Assembly (NCBI GenBank): GCA_030390025.1
Contig: CM059432.1
Location: forward strand, 26,600,001 to 26,664,000
Source of the DNA: Squalus acanthias
Taxonomy: Eukaryota
Length of the DNA stretch: 64,000 bases
Direction of reading: 5' to 3'
The notes under the pieces are model-generated. The model did not search any database, was not told where the DNA came from, and was given only the letters and a program-made list of their open reading frames with translations. The translations under genes and the position numbers were made by a program. Position 1 is the first letter of the stretch, and each line of letters begins with the position of its first letter. Positions 37,553-46,482 of this stretch are shown here, piece by piece.

Positions 37553-39904
37553 TTACGCGGTACTTTCTTCGTTCACGCGCACGTAACGTTCTCTCCACTC
37601 CCCTGTGTTCTCCTGCTTTGTGAGGCATCTGCCTCTCTTGCAGTGTACGACCAATAGGTACACTACAATTATAACTTGGCACACAACCAAAATGTGGGAG
37701 GCTATCCTGATCCATGAAGGAACTTCAATATTGGTGAACAGATCCCACCACGGTGGGATTACTATGTCCAAAATTTCTGTCCCTATCTCTACAGCCTTTT
37801 GTTCCACGGTGTAAAAATGTTTTTGTGATACCGCGACGGCTTTCAAAAGCTTGGTGAGGTGTTCAGGGAGAGGGGGAATGATGTATCCGAAATGCGCGAT
37901 GAATCGCTGCAAGTCTGTGAAATTCTCTTTTACTGTGAGGTGAACAGTGGATGGTTCGGGGATCGGGACAATTCGCTGCTGTGCCACTTGAACTTCAGCC
38001 CTGGGTTTAAAACAGAAACTGCTGTCACTCACCGGACACCGGCTGTGGTTTCCATGCTGGTAGTGTTGCGCTGCAGTGGTAACGCAATATGTTCCACCCC
38101 CTGTGTATGCCACCTGCGGAAGCACATGATCTTGTGTCATTGCTTCCATGGTGCAATTCATGGGCTTGGCACCAGCCGTTCTGAACCCGCACTGTGGTGT
38201 TAAAAAGGCATTCAAGTGCTGGGGACACAGTATGATGTGTGCTCCCCGGCTATGACAACCCGATAGGTCGGTACCTGTCATCGTTTGCTACCAGCGGATG
38301 ACGTAAGGTGGGACCGCTGCGTAGCGAATGTGGGCTCCCCCCTGAATGACACCAATGTTCTCCACCCGATACACCGGGGCGGGCTTTGCTGTGTCGCCCA
38401 ACACCAGCATACGCAGTACTATACCCATGATAGTAAGGTTTGACCGTCCGCAGTCCACGGGGACTGGGTATGCCTCTGAGGCTAGCCTGAGCTGGCACGG
38501 GCTTAATGCGTTCTGAAAAGGGTGGAGCGCCTGCAGGTGTTTGTTACTTATCCAGGACGGGACCAAACCTTGTTTTAAATCCTCCAAATTACTGCGGCCC
38601 TCGCCCAGTAACCACGCCCCGTATAGTACGCACACCTCGTTCTGTGCAGCTTGATCGGATGCATTCCGATCTTCCCTGATCAGGGCATTTACCGTTCTCG
38701 CATGCTTCTCCAGCTCTGCTATAATCTCTTTTAAGTGTAGTGTCATGGCCTGGTCCTCATGTAACTCAGACCCTACTACCTTGTTTTCGCTTGTAAGGAT
38801 GCTTTTTAATTGTGTTTTTAAACCATTGATCTGGGTCTGCAGCTCCACGTTGTCTAGAGCGTTGACCACAGATGTTCCTGTATTAAACGCAGTGAACATA
38901 TCGTTCACAATACCCCTTCTTTTTCTCCCCACCTGACCCAAAACTTCGTGTGGTGTGGTGTACAAGCTTGTTTTGTCAATCTCTGCAAAATAAAACTCGT
39001 AGAATTGCCTGAACATGTTTGTCAACAGTACCTGGTACAATTTTTCCATCTCTCTGGGGCACCACTCTGGTAAACGCACCTCGGTGAGATTTAGAATCAC
39101 CAAAGCCACCGCATAATGTACCCCTTGAAATAGTATCTGGTCTGTTGGGACCAGTACCAAACCATTCCCGGGCCCCTTAGTGGTTTTAGGGCACTCTTCC
39201 TCCTGAGCCAAAACCACCGGAATCGTGGGCGGAGACTTGCGTGGGCGTGTGATGAGTTCAGTGGCGTTTACCGGGATCGGGGAGAATGGAGCTCCGCACC
39301 CCTTTGTGCTGACATCCCACCTCATCCCTTTCCCGTTATCCTGCCACTGGTGTACGAAAAATATGGATATACCCTTGGGGCAAACGTACTTCGATCCCCA
39401 CATACAAACATATATTCCCTCATCCGGTTCCCACCATTTGTCCCAACAGACTTTCAATTGTCCGTTAGTCCCCGTAATTGTCCGATGGGTATTGTTACCC
39501 AATCGCTCCCACTCAACCGAGGAATTTCTCATATTCTTGCTTAATTTCTGTAACCACCACCATCGGCTCAATGGGACCTTCCCATTGCATGTCAAACAAA
39601 TCCTTTTGCCGACGGTGACGCTGATCCTGGGTGCAATGATCCTCACTCTGGGGCACAGTAAAGAAGTCTCTTTGTAGGCAAATCCGGATGCGCTGGAGTA
39701 TTCCGTTGAATTCGTTCCCAGCCATCCCGGCCACCTTCCCTTGTGGAAATAAGTGGCGGTCTCCTCAGCCTTTCGCTTCCCGGTCCCATCCGTCGCGATG
39801 GGGGCCGTGTCCCTGGAGCAACCAAACACAACGACATCATTGGTGAGGCCCCGATAGGCCAATCCATATCCGATCGTTGCAAGCACTATCAGAATCCGTT
39901 CCAT
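37553..39904 (-). CDS. env: Envelope / class I fusion glycoprotein (~783 codons), interrupted by one in-frame TAG at 38288-38290
   Basis: Signal peptide MERILIVLATIGYGLA; N-glycosylation sequons; furin site RKRR followed by a fusion peptide and heptad repeat; Cys-rich region; TM ILVVCQVIIVVYLLVV. The 538-aa and 242-aa ORFs share one frame (W*QTM). Confidence 0.9.
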
Positions 39905-40382
39905 CTTTCCTGGTTCCTGTGATCAGATAAAATGATGTAGCCAGCCTCCCAAGAGTCTCTGGCTTTTGTCAAGGGTGAGCGGGTCCCTTGACCTCGTCTC
40001 ACGTAAAAAGACATGTATGCTGGATAGACTTTAACTATTCCTATCTCTAACTCCCATCATTTTACCATTTACTTAAAATTAAACTACAATCTTACCAAAC
40101 TTATACACTATAAACTTAAACTTATCCTAAACTTAAACTGTACAGCGCCGCCCATTCCCAGGGCGGCCTACCTAAATTCTGCGAAGGCTGCCACGAGCTT
40201 TTCCCAGTGGCGGGGGGGGCACTGACCCCTTCCTTTGATCTGCCGCAGCCTGTCGCCGCTGCGCTGGGACTGGGATCTCCCTGGGCTGCCTTGACCTTGA
40301 ACTTACGCCTGGGGGTGCACGGGGGATTTGGCCACGACTTCCGGGGCTGGGGTGTCCGACTTGACCTACGGAGGGCTACTTT

Positions 40383-40708
40383 GGGCAAGATTTCCAGGGC
40401 CGACGGACCAGGAACCAAGACTTCCACCGTCACGGCCTGTGGTCCTACCACAGCCGCTGGCTCCGTCTCCCCTGGCTCCGCCCCCCTGAACTCGGGATTT
40501 GCAGTTTCTGGCTCCACCCTACTTGGCCCAGTATGTGGTCCTCCACTCACAATCCCTACCTCCCCCAAGGGCAAGACTTCCAGGGCCGACGGACCGGGTA
40601 CCGAGACTTCCACCGTCACGGCCTGTGGTCGTACCACAGCCGCTGGCTCCGTCTCCCCTAACTCCGCCCCCCTGGGCTCGGGATCTGCAGTTTCCGATTC
40701 CACCCTGT
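40383..40708. repeat. 186-bp-period tandem duplication in the pol-env spacer
   Basis: gggcaaga(t/c)ttccagggccgacggacc... occurs at 40383 and 40569; gives a 62-codon repeat in ORF 40122-40703. Confidence 0.9.
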
Positions 40709-40859
40709 GTGGAACTCCACTCGCAGCCCCTATCTCCCCTAAGCTTGATCGAGGACGAAACCTTCGTCCTCCGACCCCAGCACCTCTCCGACCGGGTCAC
40801 TACCTTGGTCGAGCTCCTCGAGCTCTTCCTCATCTGAATCCCAACCCCAAGAAAAGATC

Positions 40860-43800
40860 CTACACTTTTCCAGAATGTCCTCTCCCCTCAAGTAGGCTGC
40901 TCTGTGTGCCCTGCGGTCCTACCCGGGGCTGCGAGTCCCCACTCGCAGGTTTGGCCCCTGTGATTGGCCCCTGTGCACCCGGTTTATACAACTTGCACTG
41001 GTTAATGTGGAACCATTTCGTGCGCCGGGGTACCTTTACGGCGTACACCATGGGACTCGCCTTATCTACAATACTGTAGGGTCCCATATACAGTGGTTCC
41101 AAACTCCCTACTCTGGCATAGTTCCTAACCATGACCTGATCTCCGACTTCCCACTCCTGCTTCTTACGGGGTTCCAGCAACAGGCGATTGCACTGATGCT
41201 GTCTTCCCATGTTCCCAGCTGCCTGCTCGTAAACCTGCTTCAGGTGCTCCAAGAGGGTCTGGACAAACTTGTCCCTTTTCACCTCTTGGAGCTGATCCTC
41301 AGTGAACACCGGGGCTAGTACATGAGTGGGGGTTCGCATGATCCTACCAGTCATCACCTCGTACGGGGAATACCCCGTACTCTTCGACTGGCTGGCCCAG
41401 ATCCCCATGAGGACTAGAGGCAGAACCTCCGCCCATTTTTGGGGCGAGTTCATAGTCTCTTTCCTCAGCTTCTCCTTGAGGGTCCGGTTCATGCGTTCAA
41501 CAATCCCTGATGACTGGGGATTGTGCGCTACGTGCCACTTCCCTTCAATGCCCAAAAGCATGAGGGTGTTCTGCATCACCTGTCCGGTGAAATTACTCCC
41601 TTGGTCTGACTCCACAAAACGGGGGAGTCCCCACCGCGAGAACACTTCCTGGACCAAAATCTTGGCAGTACCCAGCGCCGTAGCTGTTCTACAGGGGAAG
41701 GCTTCTACCCATTTGGAAAACACATCCACCAAGACGAGGCAGTATTTGTAGCCTCCCTGGGTGGTGGGCAGGGGCCCTATGTAATCGATCTGTATCGACT
41801 GCCATGGTCCCTCCACCCTCCTGATGTGCCCCATGTGCACTTTCCTTTTCTGGGGGTCTGGGTTGTTTGCAGCGCACACAAGACAGCTTGCGCAGAACTC
41901 GCGGACCTGATCCCTGAGTCCCGGCCACCATCCCGCCTGCTCTACCCGTTGCCAGGTAACCTCCGGCCCGGGGTGCCCTGCCCCCGGCCCCTCATGAGCC
42001 AACTGGAGGAATTCCCTCCTGTGCTGCTGCAGCACAACCCACTGTTCCTCGCGGAACAGCATGCCTTCTTTAACGGAGAGGGTTGCTGTACTGTACGGGC
42101 CCTCTACCTGCTTGCCCTCAGTAATCGTTCTGAGAACTGCTTTTAGGGCGGGATCCTGGTTCTGGACGGTCTTAAGGTCTAGGGGCAGTGCTACCCTGGT
42201 GTTCCCGGGATTCCCTTCCCTGCCTTGGATCGCTGCCACGGGTCCGGGTCCATAGGGGTCCCAGAAAATGCCGTTATGGGCACCCTCCCTGGCTAGCGCA
42301 TCCGCCTGCTGGTTGCCCTCCCCGCGGGGCTCTGTGGAGGAGTGAGCCTTCACCTTATGGATGAAAATCTCCCCTTTCTCCCCTACTGCTGTTAGGATCT
42401 TTTCCAGCAAGGGCTTCACCGTTAAAGGTCGCCCGTCCGCGGAGGTGTATCCACGGCGGGACCAAATGGCCAGGTATTCCGTACACGAATTGCACGTAAA
42501 CATACTGTCCGAACAAATCGTGTATGGGGTTGGGAAGATCTCTGGGTGGGTCACTACATACGCCACCGCAGACAGCTCAGCCTGCTGCGCGCTCATGGTG
42601 CTGGGGAGTTTAATTGCCAGGGCAAGGTTTGCCGCAGGGTGATAAACTCCACACCCTGTGAGTCGTTCGCCAGCGGACACTGTGCTGGAACCATCAACAT
42701 AAATCTCGCGACCTGTGGGATGTATCCCGGCCCGCAAACCTATGTTGACCTCCCACACCCCTTCCACCGAATACTGGTGGGCTGTTCCGGGGTATACCAG
42801 GTTGGCCGCAAGCCTGGGCTCGCAAAGACCTTTAACCCTAAGATCCATCTGGGAAAGGAGAAGGGTCCAGCGCGCAATACGAGCGCTGCTTACGGTCCCA
42901 TCCTTAATCCTCCCATCTAGAAGCATCTTAGTTGGCGTGTGATGGGTGAGGAGAGTGATGGGAGAGAGCCCTGTGAAGATCGCTGATCTTTTCACAGCCC
43001 AATGCGTGGCTAAAAGATGCCTTTCGCAATTGGAGAAACTCCTCTCCACATCCGTTAACACCCTGGCCGAATAGACAACCGGCCTCAGCTTGCCGTGACG
43101 CTCTTGGAGCAGCACAGCGCTCAGGCTGTCCCCGCTGGCAGCTACCTCCAGGAAAAACTCCTTCCCCCCATCTATGGCCCCTAAAGCTGGCGCGGTCTGC
43201 AAACCCCTTTTTAACTTCTCGAATGCTGCCTGACAACCCTCGTCCCAAGACCACTCCACTTCCTTATGGAGGAGTCGGAGCAGCGGAGCTGCTGTGGCCG
43301 CATAGTCCTCGATGAAGTCTCTACAGTAACCGGTCAGTCCCAGAAAGGACCTCACACCCCTTATGTTGTTAGGAATTGGTAACTCTTGCACCGACTCCCT
43401 CCTAGCTTTATCTATGGCTCTTTCCCCAGCGCGAATGGTCAGACCCAGGAATTTTACTTCCCGCTGACCGATACATGCTTTCTTAGGGTTTACTTTAAAA
43501 CCCTTTCTCGCTAGCAGCTCCAATAACTCGGCCAGCAGTGGTCCATGCTCCTCCCTTGAGTCCGTGAACAGGAGCAAATCATCCACGTACTGCACTATCT
43601 GATTGGGCTGACTAAACTCCTTTAAACTTCCTGCCATACACTGATGGAAAATACTGGGGCTGTTGTGGAAACCCTGTGGCAGACAGTTCCATGTGTACTG
43701 TTGTCCTTTAAAAGTAAAGGCAAACTTGTACTGATCCTCTCGCCGCAGCGGGATGGACCAAAAACCGTTCGAGATATCCAGCACCGTGAACGTGGTCGCG

Positions 43801-44654
43801 GACGCTGAGATACTCCCTATTAGGTCAGCAACTGCTGCTACTGTGGGCGCGCAGGCGGGGATGTTACTGTTAAGGACTCTGTAGTCCACCGTGGCTCTCC
43901 ACGAATTATCCGGCTTCCTCACCGGCCATAATGGGGAGTTCACGTGTGTGGCTATCGGCCTCAACACGCCCTGCTGCACCAATGAGGACATTGCTGTCTC
44001 CATATCGGGTTCTGCTTCTTTGGGGAAGTTATACTGCTTTTGGGGCCGGGTCATGGGGTCCCCGTCTACGCTGACCTCAAACCCGGTAACACTCCCACAA
44101 TCGTGCTTGTGGGTTGCAAACGCGTGCATATTATCTGACACGTACGCTTGCATGTCCGTTGGGACATCCGCGACCATAAGCCCGAGGTCGTAGCCTCCGG
44201 ATAGCTTCATGGTACACAGGGCCCCTTTACCTTCCTTCTCCGGGATTACAACTACCTTGCCTTTCCCACTCTTGGCTCCCCAGAGACAGTGATTCCTAAG
44301 GTCCACGAGGATCCCGTGTTCCGCTAGGAGATCCGATCCGAGGATACCTCTGCCACCCCGCTCTTGCCATTTCATCAGTATGCACTTCCATGTGGTGTGG
44401 AGTGCTCCTAAATGAATGGAGAGCGGAATGGAGAACGCGCCAGCCTGCTCTTTTCCCGTGAACCCTGCTAATGTGAATGGGACCTTGGTAGACAGTGGTG
44501 AATCAAAGGGGCTATCCGTATGAATCACGATGCATGAAGCTCCCGTGTCCAACAAATAACTACCCTTCTGCTTCTCTACCTCCATCTCAACCAGGAGTCT
44601 TTTCCACGCATCATAGCTGAGCGGACACAGGTAGACGGGCTGCGCGGGCTCTAG
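40860..44654 (-). CDS. pol: Pol polyprotein: protease - RT - degenerate RNase H (tether) - RNase H - integrase; open frame starts directly after the gag stop
   Basis: LLDTGA; LDISNGF, LPQGF, YVDD; YVDGS...AQQAEL...SDS...KVKAH...GNQQAD; HHCC, IDY, SDQG, ERMN, GPY. Confidence 0.97.
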   Translation of the reverse strand, partial: LEPAQPVYLCPLSYDAWKRLLVEMEVEKQKGSYLLDTGASCIVIHTDSPFDSPLSTKVPFTLAGFTGKEQAGAFSIPLSIHLGALHTTWKCILMKWQERGGRGILGSDLLAEHGILVDLRNHCLWGAKSGKGKVVVIPEKEGKGALCTMKLSGGYDLGLMVADVPTDMQAYVSDNMHAFATHKHDCGSVTGFEVSVDGDPMTRPQKQYNFPKEAEPDMETAMSSLVQQGVLRPIATHVNSPLWPVRKPDNSWRATVDYRVLNSNIPACAPTVAAVADLIGSISASATTFTVLDISNGFWSIPLRREDQYKFAFTFKGQQYTWNCLPQGFHNSPSIFHQCMAGSLKEFSQPNQIVQYVDDLLLFTDSREEHGPLLAELLELLARKGFKVNPKKACIGQREVKFLGLTIRAGERAIDKARRESVQELPIPNNIRGVRSFLGLTGYCRDFIEDYAATAAPLLRLLHKEVEWSWDEGCQAAFEKLKRGLQTAPALGAIDGGKEFFLEVAASGDSLSAVLLQERHGKLRPVVYSARVLTDVERSFSNCERHLLATHWAVKRSAIFTGLSPITLLTHHTPTKMLLDGRIKDGTVSSARIARWTLLLSQMDLRVKGLCEPRLAANLVYPGTAHQYSVEGVWEVNIGLRAGIHPTGREIYVDGSSTVSAGERLTGCGVYHPAANLALAIKLPSTMSAQQAELSAVAYVVTHPEIFPTPYTICSDSMFTCNSCTEYLAIWSRRGYTSADGRPLTVKPLLEKILTAVGEKGEIFIHKVKAHSSTEPRGEGNQQADALAREGAHNGIFWDPYGPGPVAAIQGREGNPGNTRVALPLDLKTVQNQDPALKAVLRTITEGKQVEGPYSTATLSVKEGMLFREEQWVVLQQHRREFLQLAHEGPGAGHPGPEVTWQRVEQAGWWPGLRDQVREFCASCLVCAANNPDPQKRKVHMGHIRRVEGPWQSIQIDYIGPLPTTQGGYKYCLVLVDVFSKWVEAFPCRTATALGTAKILVQEVFSRWGLPRFVESDQGSNFTGQVMQNTLMLLGIEGKWHVAHNPQSSGIVERMNRTLKEKLRKETMNSPQKWAEVLPLVLMGIWASQSKSTGYSPYEVMTGRIMRTPTHVLAPVFTEDQLQEVKRDKFVQTLLEHLKQVYEQAAGNMGRQHQCNRLLLEPRKKQEWEVGDQVMVRNYARVGSLEPLYMGPYSIVDKASPMVYAVKVPRRTKWFHINQCKLYKPGAQGPITGAKPASGDSQPRVGPQGTQSSLLEGRGHSGKV

Positions 44655-46478
44655 TCATTGGGTACCGGTGGACGGGTTTGTGGCATCTGTGGGGCCGGTA
44701 GCGACTGCCACCCTTCCTTGCGAAATCATAAGGGACCGCATGGCTCCCAACATTGATTCTATCGCATCGGGATGGATAGGCACACCAGCTCCTCTCTCAG
44801 AGACAGGCGCTTGGGTTCGGGCTGCGGGATTTTTATCCCTGGGGTCCTTCCAGGGGTTCCTACAGTTCTTACGCCAGTGACCTGTCTTCCCGCACCCGTA
44901 GCAAGCACCACTGGCTTGTGGGGCGCGCTTTCCCTCCTGATGCCACTCCTTTTGAGCCGGGGCTGCGGGCCGTGCCTCATGCACCTTTCCCTTAAGGGGA
45001 CGCGCTCCCGTGCTCCTAGTGTTACGATACCCTATCGTGAGTCGATTTAGGACCGACTCCTCTGTTGTGGCGGGGTTAGTGGGATCAAACCATGCTTTGG
45101 CCTGCTCCCTGATGGATGGCAAGCTGTTGGCTATTAAACATCTGAGCCAATGAGCTAAACCGGCACCGTCCAGAAAAACGCGCCCTGGCGCACCTGGGCA
45201 GCTACGCTGGTATACTGGCCACAGCCTGTCGGCGAAAACCTTCGGGGGTTCTCCCTCCATCTGTAGGGTTTGACTCAATCTGACGAACGGACCTTCGTCA
45301 TCCGCCCCTAACACTTCTAGGACCTCGTCCCTTAACTCCTCATAGGTTTTATTTCCTTTCTTGCTCTCGTCTGAGAGACACTGGAGGATCGAGCTATCTA
45401 ACGAGAACAGCAACATTTTGGTCTTTTCCTCATCGTCGCAGCCATTAATTGCTGCGGTCTGTTCTACCTCTCTAAAGTGTACGGAAGGGTCGTCTGACTC
45501 GGACAGCTTCCGTACATGGCTAATCATTGCTCTCAGCTGGTGTGAGCTGTGAGGCAATAAAAGCTGGTTCAGGACATCCCCGTCATCCCCATTGTCCCCA
45601 TTCGGGCCTCTCTTGTGACCTCGGAGCGGACACATCGGTCCTGGTTTCGACTCTACCTCCGGGGATTGTCCCACCTCGGGAACCTCCTTTTCTATTTCCA
45701 CCACTTCCTCCCTTACCCAGGTTGCCGAATAGCTGGGTGGCGCGGAGGGCACAGTGGCAAATACCTCCTCTGCTTTGTCTGGTAGGGATTTTGGGAATTC
45801 CCTACTCACCTGTGGCTGGTTTGCTGACGGGCTGATGAGGCACACCATGCCGTTTGCCTTATTCAGGGCCTCTCTTAGGTTCCCTATCTCCTTTTGGCAA
45901 ACACTGTGGTCGGCTCCCTCATGCCTATCCTCGAGGGCCATCTTATATGCCGCCCTAACTCCCTTCAAGCTTTCTTCTTGGGCTTTTATCTGGTTCGCTA
46001 GGCGGGCACACCGTTCTCTAATCCTACCCTCGTTTAATTTCGCTTCCGTGACCTGACACTCTAGGTAATCAATTTTAGCCTCATGGTGGTTGGCTACTAT
46101 CTGGCGTTCCTGATGTAACGCATTCAAGGATGCAATGAGTTTCTGTCCTCCCGTGATCTTTTCCTCCATCTCAACTTCCAAATCCCTGATCTGAGCTGCC
46201 TGTGCCACAATGACCTGGTCCGATAGTTGGACTTGCTTCTTGTAGCACATCAGCCAGACCGCTTTCTCTACCGACTTCTTATGCTCTTTACTGCCTGTCC
46301 ATTTTATGGCGGCGTCTAGCGGACGCTTATCCATCAGCAGGTCACTTATCCACTTTTTGGTTAAGTTAACCTTCCCAAACACATAGTCAGCTACCCTCTC
46401 ATCCATCACATTTCGCCTATTCACACCAGGGTCTAAAACATTACTCTCTCGCTGCCAATGTCCTGCCGCGGTCGCCAT
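44655..46478 (-). CDS. gag: Gag polyprotein (607 aa): coiled coil, PSAPPSY late domains, capsid, single CCHC knuckle
   Basis: CYGCGKTGHWRKNC; MHR-like QMEGEPPKVFADRL; lies between the PBS and pol. Confidence 0.95.
   Translation of the reverse strand: MATAAGHWQRESNVLDPGVNRRNVMDERVADYVFGKVNLTKKWISDLLMDKRPLDAAIKWTGSKEHKKSVEKAVWLMCYKKQVQLSDQVIVAQAAQIRDLEVEMEEKITGGQKLIASLNALHQERQIVANHHEAKIDYLECQVTEAKLNEGRIRERCARLANQIKAQEESLKGVRAAYKMALEDRHEGADHSVCQKEIGNLREALNKANGMVCLISPSANQPQVSREFPKSLPDKAEEVFATVPSAPPSYSATWVREEVVEIEKEVPEVGQSPEVESKPGPMCPLRGHKRGPNGDNGDDGDVLNQLLLPHSSHQLRAMISHVRKLSESDDPSVHFREVEQTAAINGCDDEEKTKMLLFSLDSSILQCLSDESKKGNKTYEELRDEVLEVLGADDEGPFVRLSQTLQMEGEPPKVFADRLWPVYQRSCPGAPGRVFLDGAGLAHWLRCLIANSLPSIREQAKAWFDPTNPATTEESVLNRLTIGYRNTRSTGARPLKGKVHEARPAAPAQKEWHQEGKRAPQASGACYGCGKTGHWRKNCRNPWKDPRDKNPAARTQAPVSERGAGVPIHPDAIESMLGAMRSLMISQGRVAVATGPTDATNPSTGTQ
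46460..46477 (-). promoter_or_regulatory. Primer binding site, tRNA-Arg(UCG)-type
   Basis: The minus strand TGGCGACCGCGGCAGGAC complements the vertebrate tRNA-Arg(UCG) 3' end GTCCTGCCGCGGTCGCCA (tRNA sequence recalled from memory); 5 nt from the LTR. Confidence 0.85.
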
Positions 46479-46482
46479 TTTC

